Notes: generated by a model not told the origin, from the letters alone. Shown: positions 28,417 through 38,573, counted from the first letter of the stretch. The stretch is DNA of 64,000 nt from Opitutales bacterium (GCA_049599475.1 JBMYOQ010000004.1:79611-143610), one strand, 5' to 3'. Made by a program: numbers and translations.

Positions 28417-29133
28417 CTAATCGGAGAAATAGAGGTATCCGAATTTTTTGTATTCGTGGAAGCGTTTTTCGAAAGGTTTCCATGCCCATATGGCTCGTTC
28501 TCCTGTGTCGCGATCCGCTCGGTAAAAGTTTGCGCGCCAGTGGGTTCCCGGTTCAGCGGGGACGTTTTGGAGCGGTTTGAATAGAGCGTAGGGGATGAAG
28601 AACTCAGCGGTCCAATGAGTAACCTGTCCCTCGCTATCAGAGTGAATCTGGGTTTCGTGTCGTGTCTCACGATCTTCCCTGACTCGCCACGGGCGCCAGC
28701 CGTGAAAGTCTCCATCGTAATTGGGAACCAGGAGAATCAATTCATAGTTTGCAGGAGAGATTTCGTATTCGAAATAGATATTGCTGGACTCGTCTGGCCA
28801 AATGAAGATCTCTACGGCGTCCTCTCTAAAGATGTCTGCGTAATCCTCTTGAAGGGTCGAAGTGATGGTGTCGTCTTCGCAATGGAAAAGGAAATATACC
28901 CCGGTCTCCGAATGTAGCATCTTGAAACGGGTATCGAAGTCCTGACCCAATTCATTGTATTTTGGGACATCTACCCAGTTCGCATTCTCCCATAACGGCG
29001 AGGTGCCTGAGCCATCCAGAGCGAAATCTGCGGATTTCTTTATGTGCAGCGCCGACGCTTTAAGAGGATCCGCAGATGCGAGGTTGTAGATAAAAAGAAT
29101 CAGCAGCAGAGAACAGGAGATCGATCTATTCAT
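28417..29133 (-). CDS. Secreted CBM9-like/DOMON-like carbohydrate-binding protein
   Basis: Signal peptide; LDG…W..A.W, D.VEIFI.PD…YFEYEISP, WTAEFFIP, WRANFYR, FH….FG.L.F. Confidence 0.85.
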   Translation of the reverse strand: MNRSISCSLLLILFIYNLASADPLKASALHIKKSADFALDGSGTSPLWENANWVDVPKYNELGQDFDTRFKMLHSETGVYFLFHCEDDTITSTLQEDYADIFREDAVEIFIWPDESSNIYFEYEISPANYELILLVPNYDGDFHGWRPWRVREDRETRHETQIHSDSEGQVTHWTAEFFIPYALFKPLQNVPAEPGTHWRANFYRADRDTGERAIWAWKPFEKRFHEYKKFGYLYFSD

Positions 29134-31765
29134 TAGAGCCAGTAGTTTCGCCCATGTTTATATTTCTCTGATTAAAAACGCCTCCATTGATGTCCACCGA
29201 GGCCTTGGCGTAGCTATGCTCTTGCTCGATTTGCTTGAAGGTCAGAGAGCCTCCCAGCAGATCGAACCCTACATCGACTTCTCCGCGTGCATAGAATTTC
29301 GAGATCGCCATATCAATCTTTCCACTATCTGGAACGCTTGGATCGATGCGCATTACCATGCCCTTAGGAAGTTGACCTTCAGGAATGTCTTCTGGCTGCA
29401 CATAGGGCAGTCGAGTCATTGGGTTGAAGCTGAAGTTCACTATATTTGCGCCCTTGTTTCCGAGTGCTTTGACCCAGGCTCCCCAACCAGCTTCGCTCCC
29501 TCCAATAAGGATGTTCGCATTTCCTCCACCAGTTCCATTTTGGTCAATGAAATCGAAGGCCCGCGTGCTGCCGTTGGTGAAAAAACCGGTGATCTGCTCG
29601 TTCGCTCCGCTGGCAATAGTGATTGTCCCAGCGCCGCGCATGTTCGGGATTAGGCTGTGTTCCGTGCCGCGGAAAATGTCGTCCTTGGTCGGTTTGTTTT
29701 TCCGATCGCCTGGGAATTGAAAGCGAAGATTTCTCCCTGTACTTAGAGACCAGTCTTGGGGGCGAATGTGGCAATTGTCGATCCAGCCGATCGTCTTGGT
29801 ATTGCCGACCATGAACCCTATGTTCAGTGCGGACCCATTGACGCGCGAGAGGACGTGATAGTTGTTGTCGTATGTGGCGAAATCTACGGCGTTGTAAGTA
29901 TTGCCTAAATACAAACGCCTTGCCCAGCATCCAGGGCCCTTACTCTGAATCGTGAACGGGTAGGGCTGGATGTTTGTGAAGTCTTGATGCAAATACCAAA
30001 TTGTAAGACCCGTGATTCCTGATCCGCGCAGCTCTGGCGTGGACTCAAGTGTGATCAAAGGTGGGTTCTGAGGATTGCCCATATCCTGCGGGATATCGGC
30101 TATAAGCATGGCGCGCACTTGTCGGCCGCGTGGCATGAAGTCGTTTACACCACGAAGCTCGACTCCTGATGGGATCGTGAGATGCCTCTTGAGTAGATAG
30201 CGTCCTTGAGGCAGGTAGACGGTCCCTCCTCCGTTTTCCCCCGCCTTGTCTAGAGCGGATTGAATCGCTAGTGAAGCATCGGTTTCACCATCTGTCGGTG
30301 CATTAAATGGAGGTGCTGTTACGACGTAAAGTGACTCCGGATCGAGGCGGGCCGGAAGGGTGTCCGGGACTTGGATAATCTCGGGAAGTGAGCGGCCAGC
30401 ATAGGAGGTAGGAGAATGGTCGATTTCGTTTTTGGAGGAGCCCGTTGTTTTAATATCAGGCTGGCTTGGAAAAGTATTTCCTTTGGCTGTGAGCGGAGAG
30501 CGACTGCTCTTAAAGCGAATGTGTCGGTTGGACTGCAGAAACTTGGAGTCATAGACATCGACATAAGCATTTTCGGCATCTATCGCGTAGTCATCCTTTC
30601 CGGAGCCCCAGTTGGCGAATGTGCAGCTGTGCGCGTCGAACATTTGGCTGTATGAGCCATCAAGTCGGACTGCCGTGCCTGAGACATCGAACGTGCACTC
30701 AAATAGCCGAAGCTCGGCGTAGTCACGTCTGGAGCCGAATGGCTTGCCGGATTTACTCAGTTTAATCCAGTTCTCCTGCCACCCGGTTTTATCCATTTGC
30801 ATCAGGATTCCGTATTTCGACGCAGAAATGGATGTCCCGGTGACGTATACCCGGTGGTTGCTGCCTCCGGTAAAAAACATCCCAATCTCCGCATTCGTGA
30901 TTTTGACGTTGTGCCAGTAGGTCCATCCGTGTGGAGGCATGACCTTCACCCCAATCGGGTAATGGTCGATTTCTACATCGATGAAAATCCCGGCGTCCTG
31001 GCGGTTTAGCTGAATTGCGAATGATTGCTCGCGCTTTAGGGCTGCTGTGAGTTCTTCAAAGCTCGGGGCTCCTGGGAATCGGCTTTCCGCCCAATAACGT
31101 GGGGAGAAGCGCAAGTCGGTGCAGCGCGGCACCGCCACCGCTTTTAGCATGATGATCCCAGTTTTGAGAGGCGACCCACAGACATCTAGCACGGTAGAAA
31201 AGGATCCGGTAATGACGCCGATGTATGGGTTTACCAGATTGACGTGTTTAATCGCAGAATTGCCAGCAAGGAGAACGCAAGCGGGATAGGGAACGATGTT
31301 GTCCACAGTCTGTTCTGGGTAGACGATACTCAGGTCGCGCAGGCCCCCTTCGTTGATCGTGATAAAGGGTTTCGCGCTGGGATCACCTCTGCCTGCGTAG
31401 GCCATAAGAACAGTTCCGAGTGTGATGGGATCGGCTCCGGTGGGGCGTCTCCAGTCGCCACGTAGGGTGACACCTGCGGGGATCGACAGATTGCCGCCGA
31501 TGCGATACCGGCCTGAAGGCGCGTAGACCGTGCCACCAAACTTATCAGCGTCATTGATGGCCGCTTGAATCGCCTCAGTGCTGTCTGTGCGGCCCAAGCG
31601 ATCGGCATTGTAGGGCGGAGCCGTGACGTCGAACGAGACTACGGGTACGAGCCCCTCTGAATCGTAAACAATCGGTGTAATCCACGGAGTGGGTGGTTCG
31701 TCTGCCTGGACGAACGTGGTGTGTGCGATGAAAAGAGAAAGGAAGACTGGGAAAAGTCTATTCAT
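29126..31765 (-). CDS. Secreted double beta-helix (Pectate_lyase_3 / GH55-GH87-like) carbohydrate-active enzyme
   Basis: Signal peptide; two beta-helix caps: DSTEAIQAAI…GGTVYAPSGRY and DASLAIQSAL…GGTVYLPQGRY. Confidence 0.8.
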   Translation of the reverse strand: MNRLFPVFLSLFIAHTTFVQADEPPTPWITPIVYDSEGLVPVVSFDVTAPPYNADRLGRTDSTEAIQAAINDADKFGGTVYAPSGRYRIGGNLSIPAGVTLRGDWRRPTGADPITLGTVLMAYAGRGDPSAKPFITINEGGLRDLSIVYPEQTVDNIVPYPACVLLAGNSAIKHVNLVNPYIGVITGSFSTVLDVCGSPLKTGIIMLKAVAVPRCTDLRFSPRYWAESRFPGAPSFEELTAALKREQSFAIQLNRQDAGIFIDVEIDHYPIGVKVMPPHGWTYWHNVKITNAEIGMFFTGGSNHRVYVTGTSISASKYGILMQMDKTGWQENWIKLSKSGKPFGSRRDYAELRLFECTFDVSGTAVRLDGSYSQMFDAHSCTFANWGSGKDDYAIDAENAYVDVYDSKFLQSNRHIRFKSSRSPLTAKGNTFPSQPDIKTTGSSKNEIDHSPTSYAGRSLPEIIQVPDTLPARLDPESLYVVTAPPFNAPTDGETDASLAIQSALDKAGENGGGTVYLPQGRYLLKRHLTIPSGVELRGVNDFMPRGRQVRAMLIADIPQDMGNPQNPPLITLESTPELRGSGITGLTIWYLHQDFTNIQPYPFTIQSKGPGCWARRLYLGNTYNAVDFATYDNNYHVLSRVNGSALNIGFMVGNTKTIGWIDNCHIRPQDWSLSTGRNLRFQFPGDRKNKPTKDDIFRGTEHSLIPNMRGAGTITIASGANEQITGFFTNGSTRAFDFIDQNGTGGGNANILIGGSEAGWGAWVKALGNKGANIVNFSFNPMTRLPYVQPEDIPEGQLPKGMVMRIDPSVPDSGKIDMAISKFYARGEVDVGFDLLGGSLTFKQIEQEHSYAKASVDINGGVFNQRNINMGETTGSNE

Positions 31766-32062
31766 ATAGTGCCAATAGAATGGGGGGGCAGGCTTGGGCT
31801 GGTCTGCAGAGGGATAACCTGTCTAGGGAACGTGTGGTTACTCCCCTGCGATTGAATAGGTGTTTGAATAAACGTTTTACTAACTTATTACAAGGCCGAA
31901 TCACAGGTGCAGGTGATGCCTGAGAATCGGGAAATCTTCCGGCCGGAAGGCGACTCAGAAAGAAAGCTCTCGCCTAGATTATCGGTAAGCGGACTAGCCG
32001 TGTGGGCTGCTACGGATTTAAGAGTGCGCAGGGAATGGTCGTTTCACGCGCCAGAAAACACC

Positions 32063-33430
32063 TCAATCGACGTATACATTCTTCACGTTTGCGAAGGAAA
32101 GGAACCCAAACTCGCCGAGTTCTCTTCCGTATCCGCTTGATTTGACGCCGCCAAAGGGCGCTACGTAGCTACTCGCGACCTGCGCGTTTACGAAGCAAGA
32201 GCCGGCTTCTAGTTGATTGCGTGCAATCTCCTCGGCACACGTTGTGTCTGAGGAAAAAATGGCAGCGCCGAGGCCGTAGCGTGATGCGTTGGCCAGGCGG
32301 ATCGCGTCTTCAGTATCCTTTGCCTGGATAAGGGGAACCACGGGCCCGAAGGTTTCATCGTCGAAAATGGGCATGCCCGGCGTGACGTCCGTCAACATGG
32401 TGGCTGGGTAAAAAAATCCTGGGCCTTCAGGGATTTGGCCGCCCATCACGAGCTTGGCCCCTGTTTGGACACTGAGGTCGACTTGGCGTTGTAGGTTGGC
32501 TCTGAGGTCTTCGCGGGCCAGAGGGCCCATTCCGCTGGACTCGAGCATAGGATCCCCGAATGGGAAATCCCAAAAAATGTCTTCGAAGGTTGCAGCGAAG
32601 TCTTTGTAGATCCCAGGCGTCACGATCAGCCGCTTCGCGGCGATACACGTCTGCCCGGCATTCTTGACGCGAGCAGTCGCGCAGGTCCGCACAGCGAGGT
32701 CGAGATCGGCATCATCTAAGACGATGTAAGGGTCACTTCCTCCCAATTCGAGAACGGATGGTTTGAGGTATTTGCCCGCTAGCTGTCCGATGGCCTTTCC
32801 GGCACGCTCGCTGCCAGTGAGCGCGACGCCTTGGACCGCGGGGTGCGCGACCACTTGCTCGATCTGTGAAATCTCGATAATCAGTGTCTGGAAAACGCCT
32901 TCTGGGAAGCCTGATCGCTCAAACAGTTTCTCGATTTCTAAGGCGCAACCACAGACATTTTCCGAATGTTTGAGCAATATGGTATTGCCGACTAGCAGGG
33001 CTGTGATTGCAAAACGGATGGTCTGCCAAAAAGGATAGTTCCAAGGCATGATCCCAAGGACTGTTCCAAGAGGACGTATCGCAATGTAGCTTTTGATCGC
33101 TTCAGTCACCGTTACCCGATCTGCGAGCTGCTCTTCGATCGTTGCGGCAAAATGACGGCAGCTAGCTACGCACTTATCGATTTCCTTTTCGGAGTCTTCA
33201 AGAAGCTTGCCCATTTCTAATGAAATCAAGCGGGCGAGCCTCGATTTGTCTTCCTCGAGGACTTTTGCCAGATTGAGGACGGCCTGGATCCGTGTATCCA
33301 GATCGAGCTGTCCCCAGTGTTTATTGGCTAGTGCGCTTTTTTCGATGCGCTCCGAGAGCTCGGCATCCGTCAAAACGGTGTAGGTGTCAAACGCTTCACC
33401 GTTTGCTGGATTGATAGAATGAAATTCCAT
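32063..33430 (-). CDS. NAD(P)-dependent succinate-semialdehyde dehydrogenase-like aldehyde dehydrogenase
   Basis: IMPWNYPFWQ, LTGSERAG, LELGGSDP, NAGQTCIAAKR, ETFGPV, PFGGVKSSGYGREL; start at ATG 33430. Confidence 0.93.
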   Translation of the reverse strand: MEFHSINPANGEAFDTYTVLTDAELSERIEKSALANKHWGQLDLDTRIQAVLNLAKVLEEDKSRLARLISLEMGKLLEDSEKEIDKCVASCRHFAATIEEQLADRVTVTEAIKSYIAIRPLGTVLGIMPWNYPFWQTIRFAITALLVGNTILLKHSENVCGCALEIEKLFERSGFPEGVFQTLIIEISQIEQVVAHPAVQGVALTGSERAGKAIGQLAGKYLKPSVLELGGSDPYIVLDDADLDLAVRTCATARVKNAGQTCIAAKRLIVTPGIYKDFAATFEDIFWDFPFGDPMLESSGMGPLAREDLRANLQRQVDLSVQTGAKLVMGGQIPEGPGFFYPATMLTDVTPGMPIFDDETFGPVVPLIQAKDTEDAIRLANASRYGLGAAIFSSDTTCAEEIARNQLEAGSCFVNAQVASSYVAPFGGVKSSGYGRELGEFGFLSFANVKNVYVD

Positions 33431-33434
33431 CTTA

Positions 33435-33752
33435 CTAAATTCCAGCTGGAGGTTTCTTGAAGGTCTCGGGGGCGTTGCGATCCGATCCAGCAACTTTGTG
33501 GTAGGTGCCGGTGAGTTTGTCTCTCTCGTATTTGGTAAAGCCGTGCTTTTCTACGTTCGAATTTTCTAGCTTATTCTTTGTGCTACCGGGGGTGTAGCGA
33601 GTCGCTAAATTGGGTGCAGAGTAGACGCGTTTGACAGGTTTTTGGGTAATTGGGTGTTCGGTGAGCGCGGGATCGGTCATGCGCTGCTCGATTTCGAAAA
33701 TCAACCCGCCGCTTCCGTCGTCATTGATTACCTGGTATTGGTAAATGGGCAT
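33435..33752 (-). CDS. FmdB-family zinc-ribbon-like protein lacking cysteines
   Basis: MPIYQY…FEIEQRM.D..LT.HP…V.RV.SAP matches the FmdB pattern without CxxC pairs. Confidence 0.7.
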   Translation of the reverse strand: MPIYQYQVINDDGSGGLIFEIEQRMTDPALTEHPITQKPVKRVYSAPNLATRYTPGSTKNKLENSNVEKHGFTKYERDKLTGTYHKVAGSDRNAPETFKKPPAGI

Positions 33753-33788
33753 TGTTGGATGTCTGATTCGTGTAGTTGTGGAGAGAGG

Positions 33789-34550
33789 CTATTTTATTGA
33801 GATCCCTACGGGGCAGTGGTCGCTCCCCAGGATTTCCGGCCGAATGAAAGCATCAGCAATTTTCGGGGTAAATCGATCCGAGACGCAAAAATAATCAATG
33901 CGCCACCCTACATTTTTGGCTCGAGCTCCCGCGCGGTAGCTCCACCAGGAGTAGTGATCGGGCTCTCCAGGGTGTTGGGCGCGGAAGGTGTCGGTGAATC
34001 CGGAATCGAGGATTGAGGACAGACTGTTGCGCTCATCATCAGTAAACCCGGCGTTTTTACGGTTGGTCTTCGGGTTCTTGAGATCGATTTCTTCGTGTGC
34101 CACGTTGAGGTCGCCGCAGAAGATCACGGGTTTCTTCTGGTCCAAGGCCTCGACATAGCTTTGAAATGCGCGGTCCCAGGTATCTATCCGATAGGGGAGA
34201 CGCGCTAGTCCACTTTGAGAATTAGGCGTGTAGACTGTGACAAGAAAGTAAGCCTCATACTCAAAGGTGACCACTCGGCCTTCGTTGTCCTCTGTGTATT
34301 CGCCCAATCCAGTCGTGATGGATAAGGGGGCCGTTTTCGACAGAATTGCGGTGCCCGAATAGCCTTTTTTCTCGGCGTAATTCCATTTTTGAAACGGGTA
34401 TAGGTCGTCCAAAACCTCAGGCTGAGTCGCTTCGTTTACCTTCGTTTCTTGAAGGCAGACGATGTCCGCATCTTCCGATTTAAAATAGTCTTCGGCGCCT
34501 TTTTTCAAAACGGCACGGATCCCGTTAATATTCCAAGATATAAGCTTCAT
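33789..34550 (-). CDS. xth: Exodeoxyribonuclease III
   Basis: ISWNINGIRA, CLQETK, GDLNVAH, YSWWSYR, GWRIDY, GSDHCPV; start at ATG 34550. Confidence 0.96.
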   Translation of the reverse strand: MKLISWNINGIRAVLKKGAEDYFKSEDADIVCLQETKVNEATQPEVLDDLYPFQKWNYAEKKGYSGTAILSKTAPLSITTGLGEYTEDNEGRVVTFEYEAYFLVTVYTPNSQSGLARLPYRIDTWDRAFQSYVEALDQKKPVIFCGDLNVAHEEIDLKNPKTNRKNAGFTDDERNSLSSILDSGFTDTFRAQHPGEPDHYSWWSYRAGARAKNVGWRIDYFCVSDRFTPKIADAFIRPEILGSDHCPVGISIK

Positions 34551-34569
34551 AGAAATTGGTTTGCTTAGA

Positions 34570-35235
34570 TTAGAGGCGCTCAACGAGGATCTTCTCGGCG
34601 GCACCCATGCCCAAGGTGAGAGATTGATCCCGATCATCGATATTGAGGACAACGCACTCCGCGCTCATATTGCGCTCAATAACATTTACCCGGGTTCCAG
34701 GCATAAGGCCCGATGTCTCTGCAAATTTCAAAAACTCAGCGTCTTGGTCTTTCACGCGCGCAATTTTCACTGCGATCTGAGAATCGACCTCTGATAACGG
34801 TTCTAAAACCCGCTTCTTCCATTCTCCGTTGGCGGAGGGTATAATGTCCCCATGTGGGTCGGTGGTCGGGTGGCCTAGAAAGGCGTCAATGTGGTTGAGC
34901 ACACGATCAGATATGGCGTGCTCCAGATCCTCAGCCTCTTCGTGTATTTCAGACCAGTCCATTCCTAAGGTTTCGACGAGGAAATATTCGATGAGGCGAT
35001 GTCGTCTAAGCATTTGAATGGCAATCGCTTCGCCTTCTTGAGTCAGCGATACGCCGATTCTCGGCGTGTACTCGACCAGGCCTGATTTTGCGAGGCTCTT
35101 GATCATCGTCGTCGCAGTGCCAGGTACGACCTGCATCGCCTGTGCTACCTGTCCCATCGGTACGCAGCTCTCCTCGGATTCACGAGCGGTGAGGAAGATC
35201 TGCTTTAAATAGTTTTCAACCGTGGACGAAGGCAT
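34570..35235 (-). CDS. mntR: DtxR/MntR-family metal-dependent repressor with FeoA-like C-terminus
   Basis: TVENYLK.I, RRHRLIE.FL…HEEAE.LEH, DPHG..IP; start at ATG 35235. Confidence 0.88.
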   Translation of the reverse strand: MPSSTVENYLKQIFLTARESEESCVPMGQVAQAMQVVPGTATTMIKSLAKSGLVEYTPRIGVSLTQEGEAIAIQMLRRHRLIEYFLVETLGMDWSEIHEEAEDLEHAISDRVLNHIDAFLGHPTTDPHGDIIPSANGEWKKRVLEPLSEVDSQIAVKIARVKDQDAEFLKFAETSGLMPGTRVNVIERNMSAECVVLNIDDRDQSLTLGMGAAEKILVERL

Positions 35236-35258
35236 GGATTCACAATTTTGAAAAAGTG

Positions 35259-35276
35259 ATTTTGATAAAACAAAAT
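35259..35276. promoter_or_regulatory. Putative DtxR/MntR operator (ATTTTG-N6-CAAAAT)
   Basis: AT-rich inverted repeat 24 bp upstream of the repressor start, in a divergent intergenic region. Confidence 0.45.
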
Positions 35277-35374
35277 TGAGAAAAACCAAAATGAGAAATT
35301 TCATGAGCTTTGGGTTGCAGTTTCCGAATACATGCCTGTGCATTCTTAGACGCATCCACTATCCCCCACGCCAC

Positions 35375-36202
35375 ATGAATCTTCGCAGCTACATTTTACC
35401 ATCGATCCCCTTGGCCCTCTTTGTGGTTATTGGGGTGGCATGCTCCTCGAAGCCGAAGACGAATGAGGATGTAGCTGAAAGTACGGATAATTTGGGAAAG
35501 ACCCTGGTCATGGAATCCATTGAGGCGCACGGGGGTAAAGAGGCTTGGTATTCAGCCGGCTTATTGCAATTCCGTTGGCGCTATCACATGAGTGATTTGG
35601 GGCCGACCGCGATTGTCGATACCTTGCAGGTGATCGATCCTCAGGGCTTGAATGTCGTCCACGAAGTTCCAGGGGGGGAGACTCGTTTTGGATGGAATTC
35701 CGGCGAGAGTTGGATCATGCCGAAGGATGCTTCTTTCAGTCCTCCGCCGAAGTTTTGGGCGCTTACTCCCATATACTTTTTAGGGATCCCCTTTGTGTTC
35801 GACGATCCGAATGCTCGGTTTGAGCTGCTACCAGAGGTCATTCCCTTTGAGGGCAATTACTTTTCTCAGGTCAAAATCACATTCACTGCCGAAGCTGGTG
35901 ACACTCCAGATGATACCTATATTTTGTTGATCGATCCCGTATCGAAGATCACCCGAGGGGCGATTTATACGGTGACCAGTCCTCTAGTTGCGCCGGATGG
36001 TCCGACCGATCCCAAGCTGATCACTCTAGACGATTTGAAATCGGTGGGAGGCGTATTACTCGCACGTGTTCACCGAACATACAGCATTGATGATACACTC
36101 GTAGGCGACCAGATGAGATTTACCGAGGTCTCGGAAGTCGAATGGCTCGAGCGGGGTTCTGTCGATTTGGGCATTCCTGAGGGGGCTCTCGTGATCGAAT
36201 AA
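35375..36202 (+). CDS. Lipoprotein of unknown function
   Basis: Lipobox …VIGVA-C; 'SIEAHGG..AW', 'G.TP.D.Y.L.IDP' motifs; start at ATG 35375. Confidence 0.75.
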   Translation: MNLRSYILPSIPLALFVVIGVACSSKPKTNEDVAESTDNLGKTLVMESIEAHGGKEAWYSAGLLQFRWRYHMSDLGPTAIVDTLQVIDPQGLNVVHEVPGGETRFGWNSGESWIMPKDASFSPPPKFWALTPIYFLGIPFVFDDPNARFELLPEVIPFEGNYFSQVKITFTAEAGDTPDDTYILLIDPVSKITRGAIYTVTSPLVAPDGPTDPKLITLDDLKSVGGVLLARVHRTYSIDDTLVGDQMRFTEVSEVEWLERGSVDLGIPEGALVIE

Positions 36203-36214
36203 TTTTTTGGGAGC

Positions 36215-36916
36215 ATGGTTAATTTTGAAGAATTTGAGAAGAATGTAGCGACAATCCAGGGACGTGTTTCGCAGGCATGCCAGCAAGCAGGGCGAGCCCA
36301 GGGTTCGGTATCGATTCTACCGGTTACTAAGACGCATCCAGCCGAGGCAGTGAGCTTTGCGGCGGATCTGGCTTATAAGTCTGTGGGCGAAAATCGGGTC
36401 CAGGAAGTCCTTGAAAAACAATCGACAGGTGAAGCGCGCGGAGTGGGATTTGAGCTTATTGGGCACCTGCAATCAAACAAAGCGAAACAAGCGGTTGAGA
36501 CCTGTGAACGTATTCAATCTGTCGATTCAGAAAAGTTGATGCGCCGCATCGACCGCCTAGCTGGAGAAATCGGCAAGACACAGCGTATTTTAGTTCAGGT
36601 AAACGCGGGTGAGGATCCGGCTAAATTTGGAATTCGCTGTGAGGAGTTAGAGGCTTTTTTGAAGGTCGGCGTGTCGCTTGAAAACATCAAAATTGAAGGT
36701 CTGATGACGATCGCACCCTTGGATGATGATCCAGAAGTTGCGCGGATGACCTTTCGTCGGCTACGTGAAATCAGGGATGCCATGGAAGCAGAGCTCGGAT
36801 TGGCGTTACCAGAACTTTCCATGGGCATGACTGGCGATCTGGAAATCGCAATTGCCGAAGGGAGCACGCAAATACGCGTGGGTTCAGCTCTTTATGGCGC
36901 CAGAAATTACGGGTAG
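36215..36916 (+). CDS. yggS: PLP homeostasis protein (YggS/PROSC)
   Basis: PVTKT, GENRVQE, IGHLQSNK, LSMGMTGD, GST.IRVGSALYG. Confidence 0.95.
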   Translation: MVNFEEFEKNVATIQGRVSQACQQAGRAQGSVSILPVTKTHPAEAVSFAADLAYKSVGENRVQEVLEKQSTGEARGVGFELIGHLQSNKAKQAVETCERIQSVDSEKLMRRIDRLAGEIGKTQRILVQVNAGEDPAKFGIRCEELEAFLKVGVSLENIKIEGLMTIAPLDDDPEVARMTFRRLREIRDAMEAELGLALPELSMGMTGDLEIAIAEGSTQIRVGSALYGARNYG

Positions 36917-36919
36917 AGT

Positions 36920-37771
36920 TTAATAGCCCAGTATCCGGATGCTGGCAGCGTTGGCCGCTTCTAGAACCTTGTCCTTATCGAGCATAAGTGTTTTACCGGA
37001 TTCTAGGGCGACGTGCTTAATCCCATTTTCTTTCAGGGTCTCGACAGTCTTTAAGCCAAAAACCGGGACATCGTATCGATAATCCTGGGCCGGTTTTACG
37101 GTTTTGATGAATAGGGGAGTTTTGGTTTGAAAACCACCAGCACGCTTTAGCATTTCATCCGTGCCTTCGAAGGCCTCGACGGCTAGGACGGTGCCTCCAT
37201 TGACGACCACTCCCTGGCCAATATCAAGGCGAGCGACTTCTTTCGCGATGGAGATGCCGTAGTCTACAGAGCTTTGATCGATTCCGAAAGAGCGTTGCCC
37301 CGTCATGATCCCAGGGGAAGCTATATGATCGTCCAAGAAGGAACGTCCATCAAGCATATGCATATCTCGTTTCTCGATCTCTTCCCCGATCGCGCTGAAA
37401 ATAGATTCGGCATTCTTTTCCTTTAAACGTGCTAAGATTTGCACGGCCATGAAATCTGGATGCAGGCCGTTGAAGAGCTTACGCGGTGTAATGGAGCCCG
37501 CCATCATAGCGTGGGTAGCTCCCATTTGTTTCAGCGCTTTGACTGTCTTGCCGACCTGACCAACTTTAAAAATTTTAAAGTCTGCCTCCTCGAACTTCGA
37601 TACAAATTCTTCAGAGGTCTCATTTGCATATCCCACAATAACGCATCGCGCTCCCAAGGATATGATCTTCTCGCGTAGAAGTTCAGGATAGCGTCCCTGG
37701 CCAGCGATGATTCCGATGCATGCCGAAGAAGGATCGAAGCCTTCCGGGAGAAATTGAAATGAAGCATCCAT
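36920..37771 (-). CDS. lpxI: UDP-2,3-diacylglucosamine pyrophosphatase LpxI
   Basis: GIIAG.G.YP, LDIGQ.VVV, AVEA.EGTD, KP.QD.R.DVP..G..T. Confidence 0.9.
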   Translation of the reverse strand: MDASFQFLPEGFDPSSACIGIIAGQGRYPELLREKIISLGARCVIVGYANETSEEFVSKFEEADFKIFKVGQVGKTVKALKQMGATHAMMAGSITPRKLFNGLHPDFMAVQILARLKEKNAESIFSAIGEEIEKRDMHMLDGRSFLDDHIASPGIMTGQRSFGIDQSSVDYGISIAKEVARLDIGQGVVVNGGTVLAVEAFEGTDEMLKRAGGFQTKTPLFIKTVKPAQDYRYDVPVFGLKTVETLKENGIKHVALESGKTLMLDKDKVLEAANAASIRILGY

Positions 37772-37775
37772 CCAG

Positions 37776-38573
37776 CTATTGATTCTGCTTGCGCTCGGGT
37801 GTGATCCACACGACGTCCGTCAAATCGGTTCCGAGGAGTGTCGCGTTATTGCTGTTTTGGGTAAAGTAGACGCGCTTCGCGTTGGCTCGTGCGATCTCGA
37901 TTTGGCGCACGTGAATAGGGTCTTGTTCCCAGGTCTTGCGAGAGAGTGAATTCAGGCGGATGGCAGATGTATCAGAAAGTTCGATGCACCTGCCCTCTGA
38001 AATCATTAACGGGTTTTGAGTGTATTCGTTTTCAAAATATACTTGGCCCGATTCGATTCCAACCATGACGAATCCGCTGAATACTTTCACAACGCCAGTG
38101 GCCCGCTGGACTCGTAGATCGCCTAGATGAGTTTTTATGGTAAAGGTTGACTCGTCATTGAGGTGATCCGCTCTGAATGCGAAGGAGCCTTGTCTTACCC
38201 GAATAATTGTCTGGCTGCGCGTCGTCTCGCGCTCCCAGGGAAGGGTGTCTCGGAAGCGTAGATTGCCAGAGAGTTGTTCGATCTCCCAGCGAGCTCCCTC
38301 CATGGCGTGCACGCTAATTTGGTTTCCCAATACGATGCCAATATCATCCTGATAGCCTTGATGGAATTTGACTGCGTTTGGGTCGAAGACTTCACGGAGC
38401 GATACGCGTTTGCCTTCCATCTGTGGCGAGCCAGATAGGGTGACCACCGCAGCCAGGGCCTGCATCTCGCGGCTGCTCCCAAAGCCATGCAGGTTGGTCT
38501 GTCCATTCAGAGCACTAGCCAGGCAAAGGCAAGTAAGCGCGACTAGCTTTCTGATGATGGAGGTAGCTTGCAT
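37776..38573 (-). CDS. Exported FecR-like beta-domain protein
   Basis: Signal peptide; 'VRQGSF.F…F.IKTHLG.L.V…V.IESGQV' resembles the FecR domain. Confidence 0.55.
   Translation of the reverse strand: MQATSIIRKLVALTCLCLASALNGQTNLHGFGSSREMQALAAVVTLSGSPQMEGKRVSLREVFDPNAVKFHQGYQDDIGIVLGNQISVHAMEGARWEIEQLSGNLRFRDTLPWERETTRSQTIIRVRQGSFAFRADHLNDESTFTIKTHLGDLRVQRATGVVKVFSGFVMVGIESGQVYFENEYTQNPLMISEGRCIELSDTSAIRLNSLSRKTWEQDPIHVRQIEIARANAKRVYFTQNSNNATLLGTDLTDVVWITPERKQNQ

Noticed and set aside
31870..31877. AAACGTTT as a LacI-type operator
   Set aside because: Only 8 bp and the symmetry does not extend; could occur by chance.
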